Of a stretch of 64,000 bases of DNA, positions 8,141 through 15,391 are shown one piece after another; the stretch's first letter is position 1; each line of letters begins with the position of its first letter. A program made the translations under genes and the position numbers. Source of the stretch: Escherichia phage vB_EcoM_011D4; sequence record MT478991.1; one strand, given 5' to 3'. The notes below the pieces were generated by a model. It had not been told where the DNA came from. It worked only from the letters and a program-made list of their open reading frames with translations, and searched no databases.

Positions 8141-8299
8141 TCATCGCAGAGCGTGTTCTAGAACGATTCCAAACCATCCACAAACAACGCCCACACAGAC
8201 AGCGACCAGCAGATTCATTCTCTCTTTAGGGATCACAGCAATCATAACAACAACCATACAGAAAGCCATCACCATTGAAGTTAACATTTGTTCAACCAT
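8141..8299 (-). CDS. small hydrophobic membrane protein (52 aa, below ORF-track cutoff)
   Basis: hand translation MVEQMLTSMVMAFCMVVVMIAVIPKERMNLLVAVCVGVVCGWFGIVLEHALR; AAAGGTG upstream of ATG; preferred over opposite-strand ORF 8106..8321. Confidence 0.35.
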   Translation of the reverse strand: MVEQMLTSMVMAFCMVVVMIAVIPKERMNLLVAVCVGVVCGWFGIVLEHALR

Positions 8300-8301
8300 T
8301 A

Positions 8302-8640
8302 TCACACCTTTAAAGTCATAGACGCATAAACATTAATGCCAGGCCAGTTAGGATCGCAATTATACTCAACATCCCACAAATAAAGCGGTTTAGATGTATC
8401 AGCCAAGTTTTTAAAATCTTCTACCCACATTTCAATGCTATATGATGGATAAACTAGGCTGTCATATCCTCCGTAACGTTGGCCTACTGGTCGGTCAGTA
8501 AAAACTACATCAAGATCCGGTAATTCTTTTTCAAGGATAACCGCCAGCGCATAAATCAGACGGTCTTCCTTGTTACGCTGCCGAAGGACCGTTGTCAGTT
8601 GGTTTTTCCGGTTCACTAGCAAGCACCTCCACATTTTCAC
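8302..8640 (-). CDS. hypothetical protein
   Basis: 112 aa ORF; 68-nt overlap with upstream ORF, true start uncertain. Confidence 0.4.
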   Translation of the reverse strand: MKMWRCLLVNRKNQLTTVLRQRNKEDRLIYALAVILEKELPDLDVVFTDRPVGQRYGGYDSLVYPSYSIEMWVEDFKNLADTSKPLYLWDVEYNCDPNWPGINVYASMTLKV

Positions 8641-8893
8641 AGAATGAAATTTTCACAGACACAATTTTACCATAAGTGAAGAATGAATATACGTTATCGA
8701 TATATTCAACGTCACCTACAATCACATCAAACTGCGGATCAGCAACCGCCGCAACATATTCTACCAGTTCATCAAGAGAATGCAACTTAATTTCATCAAT
8801 TCGGCTGTATTTGGTTGCATCTTTGATTTTAAAACCACGTTGTTTCAGCTTATCAATTAGAATTTCACGCGGAGTTTCAAACAGTTTGCTCAT
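8573..8893 (-). CDS. hypothetical protein
   Basis: 106 aa ORF. Confidence 0.4.
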   Translation of the reverse strand: MSKLFETPREILIDKLKQRGFKIKDATKYSRIDEIKLHSLDELVEYVAAVADPQFDVIVGDVEYIDNVYSFFTYGKIVSVKISFCENVEVLASEPEKPTDNGPSAA

Positions 8894-8914
8894 AATATAA
8901 TCCTCACATTAAAT

Positions 8915-9115
8915 CTAAAATTTGTTAACGACGAATTGCATAATTAGACTAATCACAAACATTGCAAACCAAGTATAAATGCAACAGATAAAAGCTACAT
9001 ACAATTCAATCTGGTCAGAGAATACACCGGGTAAAAGCATTAGCAAAATAACAACAGTAAAGAAGCTAGCGATACCCGCAACAAAACCAATATCATTTTT
9101 ACTAATCGTCATCAA
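8915..9115 (-). CDS. small membrane protein
   Basis: 66 aa, two hydrophobic helices. Confidence 0.4.
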   Translation of the reverse strand: MMTISKNDIGFVAGIASFFTVVILLMLLPGVFSDQIELYVAFICCIYTWFAMFVISLIMQFVVNKF

Positions 9116-9309
9116 GTCACCGTTTTGTAAAGAAACACAATAAAATCCAAGACAAGAAAGACAGTGTAAATGATCATCGTCAAGACAGTAAACACTGTCA
9201 AATTTTCATCGTTAGTTAATTCATAGTCACCCATCCATACAATCACAAGATATAGCATTGAAAGAATGGAAGCACCTACGAAGTTAAAAACATATTCTTG
9301 AGCGTCATA

Positions 9310-9492
9310 TTAACAACCATCGCGGCTTAAGTCAACAGCAATTGCATACAGCATAATGAATATGCTAGCAGATCCAAGAATCAATACACCCTCACATTTT
9401 GAAACTCGCTCATCAAAATGTAACATTATCCATCCGAGGATGTTAAAGGCGCAGACCGCGCCTATGTTCGCTAACCAATTAATCTTTTTCAT
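9310..9492 (-). CDS. small membrane protein
   Basis: 60 aa, hydrophobic. Confidence 0.35.
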   Translation of the reverse strand: MKKINWLANIGAVCAFNILGWIMLHFDERVSKCEGVLILGSASIFIMLYAIAVDLSRDGC

Positions 9493-9500
9493 AATATACC

Positions 9501-9827
9501 TTAGAAAGAAACAGTTTTCAAGAAATCCAGATTTTCAGTACCGAAAACAGAAAAGTAGTGTTTTCCTTTTTCGGTTTTAGAGAAAGCGATTGTCTTCTCT
9601 ACATGGTGACGGAAGCCAGACAGACGATCACCCAGGTCAAGGCGGCAAGCGTAAGTAGTGCCGTTTTCGAAAGTAACCTCGATTTGAGTTTTGTCATATT
9701 CGCTTTCATAGGCTTTTTCTGCCGCTTCCAGTGCTTTACGCTCGAAGTCTTCGAAGTGGAATACTTCGTTTGCGTTAGCGAATACAGAAGATTCAGAGAA
9801 GATAACTTTAACAGATACTGGTTTCAT
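9501..9827 (-). CDS. hypothetical early protein
   Basis: 108 aa; AAGGAG 8 nt upstream of ATG and an early promoter immediately upstream. Confidence 0.5.
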   Translation of the reverse strand: MKPVSVKVIFSESSVFANANEVFHFEDFERKALEAAEKAYESEYDKTQIEVTFENGTTYACRLDLGDRLSGFRHHVEKTIAFSKTEKGKHYFSVFGTENLDFLKTVSF

Positions 9828-9864
9828 TTTGATACTCCTTAGTAGTTCGTGTTTCGTTTCGATG

Positions 9865-9898
9865 GGTGTATTATGCTATACACCCTCTCTCGTGTCAA
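9865..9898 (-). promoter_or_regulatory. early sigma70-type promoter with stem-loop (PeSL-like)
   Basis: minus strand TTGACA-17-CATAAT; inverted repeat GGGTGTA/TACACCC around the -10; conserved leader CCATCGAAACGAAACAC. Confidence 0.5.
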
Positions 9899-9906
9899 CA
9901 ACTTTT

Positions 9907-10095
9907 TTAGTCTTTTTTCATAATTTCTAGAGCAGTTTCTACCGCACCTTTCCAACCTTCCCACATAATGGACATAGTGATGAAGGTAAAGCACCCGCAG
10001 GAATCAGCCTTTTTAGAAATAAACCATTCTACAAACTCTTCGCTAATACCATGCTCTTTAGCGGATTCGCGTAATTGTTCAATTTTGTCTTCCAT
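9907..10095 (-). CDS. hypothetical small protein
   Basis: 62 aa ORF in ORFan cassette array. Confidence 0.4.
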   Translation of the reverse strand: MEDKIEQLRESAKEHGISEEFVEWFISKKADSCGCFTFITMSIMWEGWKGAVETALEIMKKD

Positions 10096-10104
10096 AGTAT
10101 CACC

Positions 10105-10305
10105 TCAACACTTAACGTTATTCAAACGATTTTGAAAGTACATATAGCAAGCATAATTTTGCTTTGGCTGTACCGTATCAGATAGACACGCTTTTGCAGC
10201 CTCGCGGTCCGATGGATCTACACCCTCAGCTTTAAGTAATGCTAAAATCTGGTTATAGCGTACTCTTAGCTGTACTAATGGTTTCTCTCCCATAAAACCC
10301 TCCAA
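10105..10305 (-). CDS. hypothetical small protein
   Basis: 66 aa ORF. Confidence 0.4.
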   Translation of the reverse strand: MEGFMGEKPLVQLRVRYNQILALLKAEGVDPSDREAAKACLSDTVQPKQNYACYMYFQNRLNNVKC

Positions 10306-10533
10306 TTAAAGTTGTTCTGCAATGTATGCGGTGCATTTGCGGAGTTTAGCCATAGCACCACCTTTCATGTCGCTTGCGCCTACAATGTTCATGATCTCTA
10401 AGCGATCAGCCGGATTCAGTCTAGTAGCCCAGATCTGGTTAGCCAGTTCCATTTTACCCATCTGCGGTTCCATCTCAAATAGTTCACGCTCAAAGTCGAT
10501 AATTTCTTTTGCTGCGTCTTTAAAGTTAATCAT
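10306..10533 (-). CDS. hypothetical small protein
   Basis: 75 aa; GGAG upstream; own early promoter. Confidence 0.45.
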   Translation of the reverse strand: MINFKDAAKEIIDFERELFEMEPQMGKMELANQIWATRLNPADRLEIMNIVGASDMKGGAMAKLRKCTAYIAEQL

Positions 10534-10557
10534 TTTGATTCTCCCGTTTCGTTGATG

Positions 10558-10591
10558 GTTGTATTGTAGGGGAGTTATCCTCCCCTGTCAA
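10558..10591 (-). promoter_or_regulatory. early sigma70-type promoter with stem-loop (PeSL-like)
   Basis: minus strand TTGACA-GGGGAGgataaCTCCCC-TACAAT; hairpin lies in the spacer. Confidence 0.5.
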
Positions 10592-10599
10592 CACTTTTA

Positions 10600-10785
10600 T
10601 CAGAAATATGCAATATAGTTTGCCAGTCCCACAGAGTCATCATTCGGCATTGCTTTTACTGCCAGTTCAAACCCTGCTTCAACTTTCTGTTTAGCGGATT
10701 CTTCGTTATAACCCCAGATTACCAGAATAGCTACTACGTTTTCTTTGCTTACTGCTTTCAGTGCTTTAGTGATGCGACGTGCCAT
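10600..10785 (-). CDS. hypothetical small protein
   Basis: 61 aa; GGAG upstream; own early promoter. Confidence 0.45.
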   Translation of the reverse strand: MARRITKALKAVSKENVVAILVIWGYNEESAKQKVEAGFELAVKAMPNDDSVGLANYIAYF

Positions 10786-10826
10786 AATTTGATTCTCCGT
10801 TTAAGAAAGTGTGTTTCGTTTCGATG

Positions 10827-10860
10827 GGTGTATTATGCTATAGGCCGGATCTGGTGTCAA
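10827..10860 (-). promoter_or_regulatory. early sigma70-type promoter (PeSL family, degenerate stem)
   Basis: minus strand TTGACA-17-CATAAT and the same conserved leader as the 9865 copy. Confidence 0.5.
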
Positions 10861-10884
10861 CAACTTTTTTAAAAAAATTTTAGG

Positions 10885-10912
10885 CAATAAAAAAGCCACT
10901 CCGAAGAGTGGC
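10885..10912 (-). terminator. rho-independent terminator (UUCG-type loop)
   Basis: minus strand AAGCCACTCTTCGGAGTGGCTT followed by a U-run. Confidence 0.55.
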
Positions 10913-11058
10913 TTATAGGGAAGGTAGCGAATCTTCCTTGTCTCCAACCTGCTAGCGGCCTAGCAAGTGAATGCTTTAGCGTACCGGATAGCCCACATAC
11001 GCTGTAATAAATGCGGCTAGGTGACGTCCAAATCATTCTAACCGCGCTGTCTTTAGTT
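10886..11058 (-). ncRNA. candidate small non-coding RNA (unknown family)
   Basis: about 170 nt between a late-promoter-like box and a strong terminator; several local hairpins; only ORF lacks a ribosome-binding site and would read through the terminator. Confidence 0.25.
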
Positions 11059-11063
11059 CACTA

Positions 11064-11282
11064 TTATTTATATCGCTTTCTCTCGCGACGTTTTTGATCT
11101 TCTTCCTTGATAGAGTTAAATGCATCAAAAAGACACATGACACTGATAATAAACATAACCGTATTTTCTACGATATCCCACGGCTTCGCATCAGTACAGA
11201 TCCCCCAAACGGTAAGAAATGCAAATAATGCAGAAGAGATCACAAGCATGATACTTGCTAAGATATAAAAAGTCATTTTCAT
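11064..11282 (-). CDS. small membrane protein
   Basis: 72 aa, hydrophobic core, basic C-terminus. Confidence 0.4.
   Translation of the reverse strand: MKMTFYILASIMLVISSALFAFLTVWGICTDAKPWDIVENTVMFIISVMCLFDAFNSIKEEDQKRRERKRYK
11065..11072 (-). promoter_or_regulatory. T4-type late promoter-like box (TATAAATA on minus strand)
   Basis: plus strand tatttata directly at the stop of upstream gene; no coding gene downstream before the terminator. Confidence 0.3.
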
Positions 11283-11473
11283 GGTTTTACCTCAATTCTT
11301 CGATATTCATCACACATCCACGCAGTAAGCAAGAATCCCAACACATAAGCAACAAAATACGTTAATGCTTCTTCTGGTTCCGTGCTATGTATCATCAGTA
11401 AACCAGCGAGAACAGTCTTAATAATTACATTTAAAATAATTAGCCACGCAAATAGTTTCATCGTATACCCCAT
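11279..11473 (-). CDS. small membrane protein
   Basis: 64 aa, hydrophobic. Confidence 0.4.
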   Translation of the reverse strand: MGYTMKLFAWLIILNVIIKTVLAGLLMIHSTEPEEALTYFVAYVLGFLLTAWMCDEYRRIEVKP

Positions 11474-11700
11474 TTCGGTCGAGTCTTTTCAAACTTATAC
11501 ATTCCGTAACAATCTCGAATCATCCACGTAACAAGAGCACCAGTCAACACAGACAACACACAGAAGAAGTAAAACGGTCCGGTTGCATTATCAACATGAG
11601 CAAGCCATGTAAAGAATACACATGCTAAGAATGTAAAGAACATCATAAAACACAAGAAAGCAAAATATTTTATGCTACTCATAGCGCCACCATACAACAA
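11458..11700 (-). CDS. small membrane protein
   Basis: 80 aa, hydrophobic. Confidence 0.4.
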   Translation of the reverse strand: MLYGGAMSSIKYFAFLCFMMFFTFLACVFFTWLAHVDNATGPFYFFCVLSVLTGALVTWMIRDCYGMYKFEKTRPKWGIR

Positions 11701-11785
11701 ATCATAAGAAACCCAAACGCAATTAGAATTGCATCAAATTTAGTGAACTCAGGTCCACCTATCAACATCATTCGTTCTATTTCGT

Positions 11786-12028
11786 TCATAGCGTACAAAG
11801 CCATTTAAAAGCACCACATAAAGCGAGCAGAATACTAGGTATAAACGAGACCATAACAAGTTTGCAAAAATCATCTAAGGTAACACCGGAATAGCTACCT
11901 ACTGTAACAACACCGATCATCAGACACAGAAAGAAAACAAATGCAATCATAAACAAAGTATTGCTAAACAGTTTAGTGATCATTAGACACCCCACGACGA
12001 TCAATTTCAAAAACTTTTTTACCATCAA
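11786..12028 (-). CDS. small membrane protein
   Basis: 80 aa, hydrophobic. Confidence 0.4.
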   Translation of the reverse strand: MMVKKFLKLIVVGCLMITKLFSNTLFMIAFVFFLCLMIGVVTVGSYSGVTLDDFCKLVMVSFIPSILLALCGAFKWLCTL

Positions 12029-12176
12029 CGAAGCATGTCACAACTGCCTCGTTGACTTCCGCAAATTGTTGTGTTACCCACTTAAGGTCAGAGCGAAACA
12101 ATGTTCTATTAATAACAAATGTTTTACCGCTCTTATCCTTACCCATAAATTTTGCTTTAACCATATCAAATTCCAT
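11973..12176 (-). CDS. hypothetical small protein
   Basis: 67 aa soluble ORF. Confidence 0.4.
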   Translation of the reverse strand: MEFDMVKAKFMGKDKSGKTFVINRTLFRSDLKWVTQQFAEVNEAVVTCFVDGKKVFEIDRRGVSNDH

Positions 12177-12185
12177 ATTATCACC

Positions 12186-12344
12186 TTATTTGCTAATCGC
12201 TAAACCCAATCCGAAGAGAGCACCCGACGCTACAGTATACCCGAAAGTTTCAAAGGCAGTAAAGATATCCAACCCACCAGCTAACAGAGTTGCAGTAAAC
12301 AGAGTACCAGCTACGAACATAAAAGTTTTACCGATAAATTTCAT
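12186..12344 (-). CDS. small hydrophobic peptide (52 aa, below ORF-track cutoff)
   Basis: hand translation MKFIGKTFMFVAGTLFTATLLAGGLDIFTAFETFGYTVASGALFGLGLAISK; GGAG upstream; early promoter just upstream. Confidence 0.35.
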   Translation of the reverse strand: MKFIGKTFMFVAGTLFTATLLAGGLDIFTAFETFGYTVASGALFGLGLAISK

Positions 12345-12370
12345 CTTGATTCTCCTTTCGTTTGTTTGTG

Positions 12371-12404
12371 GGGGTATCTTACTACCCCCGTTTCATGTTG
12401 TCAA
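12371..12404 (-). promoter_or_regulatory. early sigma70-type promoter with stem-loop (PeSL-like)
   Basis: minus strand TTGACA-17-TAAGAT; inverted repeat GGGGGTA/TACCCCC. Confidence 0.5.
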
Positions 12405-12410
12405 CTATTT

Positions 12411-12785
12411 TTAAGAATATTTTACTTCGTCTACAATGTCTTTCATGACATTGATTTCCATTCCGGTCAGAACACGTTGGAACATGTGCTGCACATACGC
12501 TTTCAGGTATTCATTTGATGGCTTGCTATCGAAAGTCTTTTTAGTGTAGTAGTCATCACCGAAAGCTACTGTAATTACATTTTCGTCGTCGTTCCAAGCG
12601 ATATAAGCAAATTTGCCGTTATCCCAGAAGCGAGCACTAATTGCTACTTTTGTTGAATCGAATCCTACTTCGCTGTGAGATTCAAGAACTACTTGCGTGC
12701 CAGTTTCTTTATGAATGTAGTAGCGGGATACTAAGTCAAAGTTACGGGTGTAGTGACATTCGAATTTATCTTTAAACATCATCAT
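12411..12785 (-). CDS. hypothetical early protein
   Basis: ORF track 12411..12854; start trimmed to the MMMFKD Met at 12785, which has GGAG upstream; the longer form would overlap its own promoter. Confidence 0.45.
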   Translation of the reverse strand: MMMFKDKFECHYTRNFDLVSRYYIHKETGTQVVLESHSEVGFDSTKVAISARFWDNGKFAYIAWNDDENVITVAFGDDYYTKKTFDSKPSNEYLKAYVQHMFQRVLTGMEINVMKDIVDEVKYS

Positions 12786-12817
12786 TTTGATTCTCCTAAG
12801 TGTGTTTCGTTTCGATA

Positions 12818-12851
12818 TGTGCATTATGCTATAGTCGTTTATGGTTGTCAA
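12818..12851 (-). promoter_or_regulatory. early sigma70-type promoter (PeSL family)
   Basis: minus strand TTGACA-17-CATAAT plus conserved leader. Confidence 0.5.
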
Positions 12852-12859
12852 CACATAAA

Positions 12860-12887
12860 AACAAAAAACCCCGAAAAATTTTCGGGG
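12860..12887 (-). terminator. rho-independent terminator
   Basis: hairpin ccccgaaaaattttcgggg followed on the minus strand by a U-run. Confidence 0.5.
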
Positions 12888-12894
12888 TATAAAA

Positions 12895-13365
12895 TTACAG
12901 TTTGGTCGTCCACTCCAGGTCTAGATCTTCGACATACTCATGAGATCGGACAATCTCTAAATCGAACTCTAGGTCAGTGCCAAATTTACGCGCACCAACA
13001 TCATAAGAAAGCGTGATATGCGGTACATATTCAGGATAATCCCACGTCGCACCTAAAGCAGTGCCGATATCGTGTCTGAATTGCATGTAGTCGCTTTCAA
13101 ATGCCAACACAAGCGCATTAGTACCGGATTGAGTTTCAAACACTTTCAGATGGCATAGAGAGCCTAAGAACTTCTCCCCTTCTTCTGGGATAAACGGAAC
13201 ATAGACACGAGAATATAAGATAGTGCTATGCAGTTTATCACGAGGAACAGCATTAGGCAGATCGTAGAACTCCTGCAATTTTTCAATGCGGTCTAGTGTA
13301 TCCTCAGTGAATTTAACCGCCGCATATGTACCTTTAACGGATTCTCGAAACGGGGTCATAATCAA
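12895..13365 (-). CDS. 2H phosphoesterase family protein (LigT-like; T4 57B position)
   Basis: 156 aa; two H-x-T/S-x motifs (HSTI and HITL) with spacing typical of 2H phosphoesterases. Confidence 0.5.
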   Translation of the reverse strand: MIMTPFRESVKGTYAAVKFTEDTLDRIEKLQEFYDLPNAVPRDKLHSTILYSRVYVPFIPEEGEKFLGSLCHLKVFETQSGTNALVLAFESDYMQFRHDIGTALGATWDYPEYVPHITLSYDVGARKFGTDLEFDLEIVRSHEYVEDLDLEWTTKL

Positions 13366-13628
13366 GCCTCCGTGATCAGTTCTACTTCCTCTTTAGCGTC
13401 TTCCGCTGCTTCGTCTTTAGGGAGAAGTGCTTTCACTTCTTCGACAATAGCATCAAGGGAAACAGTGCCGTTTTCGTCTGGCTGAATACCCAGAATGCGT
13501 ACCAGTTCCATCAATACACGCTCACGATCTTTCAGTTGGCCTTCTAAGAATGCGGCCTTTTCTTGAGTGTCAAACAGACGTACTTTCAGGACATTAATCA
13601 TTTGTTCATGCTGATTGGACATATTCAC
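13362..13628 (-). CDS. small acidic coiled-coil protein (T4 57A position, possible tail-fibre chaperone)
   Basis: 88 aa; assignment by size and position upstream of gene 1 only. Confidence 0.4.
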   Translation of the reverse strand: MNMSNQHEQMINVLKVRLFDTQEKAAFLEGQLKDRERVLMELVRILGIQPDENGTVSLDAIVEEVKALLPKDEAAEDAKEEVELITEA

Positions 13629-13654
13629 ATCTCCTACTTGTTGATAACTTTTTA

Positions 13655-14311
13655 TTAAATGTTCGCGAGAATCGCGCTTTCAAATTCTTCTAATGTACCA
13701 TTATTTATGATAATGGTTTCACCGTCAATAGGCAAAATTCCTTTTTCGGTGGAGTGAGTCGATACAATACCAGTATCACGCTGAATATGCAACACCTTAG
13801 CACCCATAGCACGCATGAGAGCAATTTCAATAGGCTGACGCACATCAACCACTACAAAATACCCTTCTTCATTTTTGCGCTTCATAAACTCATTCACGAA
13901 GAGATTACACCAATAAAGCGGATTGATCAAGTTAACCATTATATCAGTACCGAGAGTGGTTAACATGAGACGAATAGACCAGACGTTATTATGTTTTTCG
14001 CCAATCTCATTAACGACCTTGTAAATCTCAGCCAGACGATCACAAGTAAAGGAACTACCGCCATACTTCGAATCTAGCATAAGCAGACACTGAATAAACC
14101 ACTTATGCGCGGTATAGGTATCAATACCTAGATCGGATTCTCTGTCACGCCCTAACCCGTCAAAGTCAAGATAAGTCAGACCTAAGTCTGGTTGACATTC
14201 GCACAATATTTCTTTGATCGGTGCTGCCAGTTGATAACTATGTCCATCAATGATTAACGCGGCAGTGTCTTTTCCTACTCGCTTTTTACCACAAAGTGCA
14301 ATCAATTTCAT
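13655..14311 (-). CDS. 1: deoxynucleoside monophosphate kinase
   Basis: 218 aa; P-loop LCGKKRVGKDT and a C-terminal half closely resembling T4 gp1 as recalled. Confidence 0.85.
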   Translation of the reverse strand: MKLIALCGKKRVGKDTAALIIDGHSYQLAAPIKEILCECQPDLGLTYLDFDGLGRDRESDLGIDTYTAHKWFIQCLLMLDSKYGGSSFTCDRLAEIYKVVNEIGEKHNNVWSIRLMLTTLGTDIMVNLINPLYWCNLFVNEFMKRKNEEGYFVVVDVRQPIEIALMRAMGAKVLHIQRDTGIVSTHSTEKGILPIDGETIIINNGTLEEFESAILANI

Positions 14312-14326
14312 TATATAATCCTCTTA

Positions 14327-14917
14327 TTACTTTCTAAAAGCAGGGTGCATAGCTTTAATACCTTCCACCCTCTGACGATCCGCCGCCTGAATTGCAGGGC
14401 GAGGAACGATCAGCTGACCATCACGTTCAATGCTCATCGTTTTAAATGGAAGAATTGCAGTACATACCAGAGATTCATGCATATCATCGGTGTATGTTAA
14501 CTCAAGTTCCCCCAATTGTGAACACCAACAACCATAAAAGTTAAAAGTGCACACAATGTTACGGCGTTCGTTGTCCATCATGTGAACTTGAACGGCTTCC
14601 GGCATTGAATCCTTCCACGCTGTGGAGTTACCGTTATTGTAGTCTACTATAGAAAGCATCCATGTGTAAAGGTTTAGATAGCTTTCCAAATGCTCATCGA
14701 CAATAAACCGGACTACCAACGGGTCAAACTCCACATGACTAGACGGATAATCAGCGACCGCCAAACCATATTGACCAGCAACTTGCTTAGTCGGTGGAAT
14801 GGTTATAGCCGGAAGTGTAACACCTTGAGCATTTAAAGTAAAGCCTTTTGTTAGTTGACCATCTGGAATATTGATCTGCCAGTTGCTAGGGTTAGCATAG
14901 TTAAAGAGATTAGACAT
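14327..14917 (-). CDS. 3: tail completion / tail tube terminator protein (gp3-like, by synteny)
   Basis: 196 aa; sits between gene 1 and gene 2 as in T4; no independent motif. Confidence 0.5.
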   Translation of the reverse strand: MSNLFNYANPSNWQINIPDGQLTKGFTLNAQGVTLPAITIPPTKQVAGQYGLAVADYPSSHVEFDPLVVRFIVDEHLESYLNLYTWMLSIVDYNNGNSTAWKDSMPEAVQVHMMDNERRNIVCTFNFYGCWCSQLGELELTYTDDMHESLVCTAILPFKTMSIERDGQLIVPRPAIQAADRQRVEGIKAMHPAFRK

Positions 14918-15003
14918 TACTGATTCCTCAAATGAAAATATTTATTAACAATTGTCGCTTTGCGACGTGCCGGAGGCACTGACTATTTTTTAACCGAAAC
15001 AAA

Positions 15004-15050
15004 TTTTCTATATTCTAAAGATCTTTCTTCGTTTTGGTTATATTTTAACC
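15004..15050. repeat. 45-nt conserved intergenic repeat, copy A
   Basis: ttctaaagatctttcttcgttttggt core identical to copy B near 49.8 kb; contains a 10-nt palindrome aaagatcttt. Confidence 0.6.
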
Positions 15051-15106
15051 AATAACTATATTTTTATACAGTAATAAATAAAACGGGTACTATACGAGGA
15101 CTTCTT

Positions 15107-15361
15107 ATGACAGAAGACATTTTGTTAAAACTCTATGATCGTTTGGACAACGAATTGGCAACATTGCGGGGTGAAGTTCTCTATTTGTCTAAATGCAATA
15201 CAGATCTGCTTAAGCAGATTGCAGAAAGGGATGACCAAATAAAATCCCTTTCAGGTGCATTACGTGATCGCGACAAGGCATTAGAGATTTTACAGCGTGT
15301 AACCAATAAAGAAGAATTAAAAGACTTCTTACATGGTTATGCTCATGCCATCGATCTATAA
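15107..15361 (+). CDS. hypothetical coiled-coil protein
   Basis: 84 aa; GAGGA upstream; only plus-strand ORF between minus-strand genes 3 and 2. Confidence 0.4.
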   Translation: MTEDILLKLYDRLDNELATLRGEVLYLSKCNTDLLKQIAERDDQIKSLSGALRDRDKALEILQRVTNKEELKDFLHGYAHAIDL

Positions 15362-15363
15362 TA

Positions 15364-15390
15364 AAAAAGCCCGTCATTGACGGGCTTAAT
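15364..15390. terminator. hairpin terminator between convergent genes
   Basis: aagcccgtcattgacgggctt hairpin, A-run on one side; lies between the stops of 15107..15361 (+) and gene 2 (-). Confidence 0.5.
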
Positions 15391-15391
15391 G

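Noticed and set aside
8106-8321. 71-aa plus-strand ORF
   Set aside because: The opposite strand encodes a 52-aa hydrophobic protein with a ribosome-binding site, consistent with the surrounding minus-strand membrane-protein chain.
10916-11040. Possible tRNA gene (T4 has its tRNA cluster in the equivalent region)
   Set aside because: No acceptor-stem/T-arm arrangement or GTTCRANYC-like T-loop could be recognised by eye; kept only as a candidate structured RNA.
10890-11050. 52-codon minus-strand ORF inside the candidate ncRNA region
   Set aside because: No ribosome-binding site and the frame reads straight through the terminator hairpin.
12052-12414. 120-aa plus-strand ORF
   Set aside because: Overlaps minus-strand genes that carry ribosome-binding sites and an early promoter; the region is transcribed on the minus strand.
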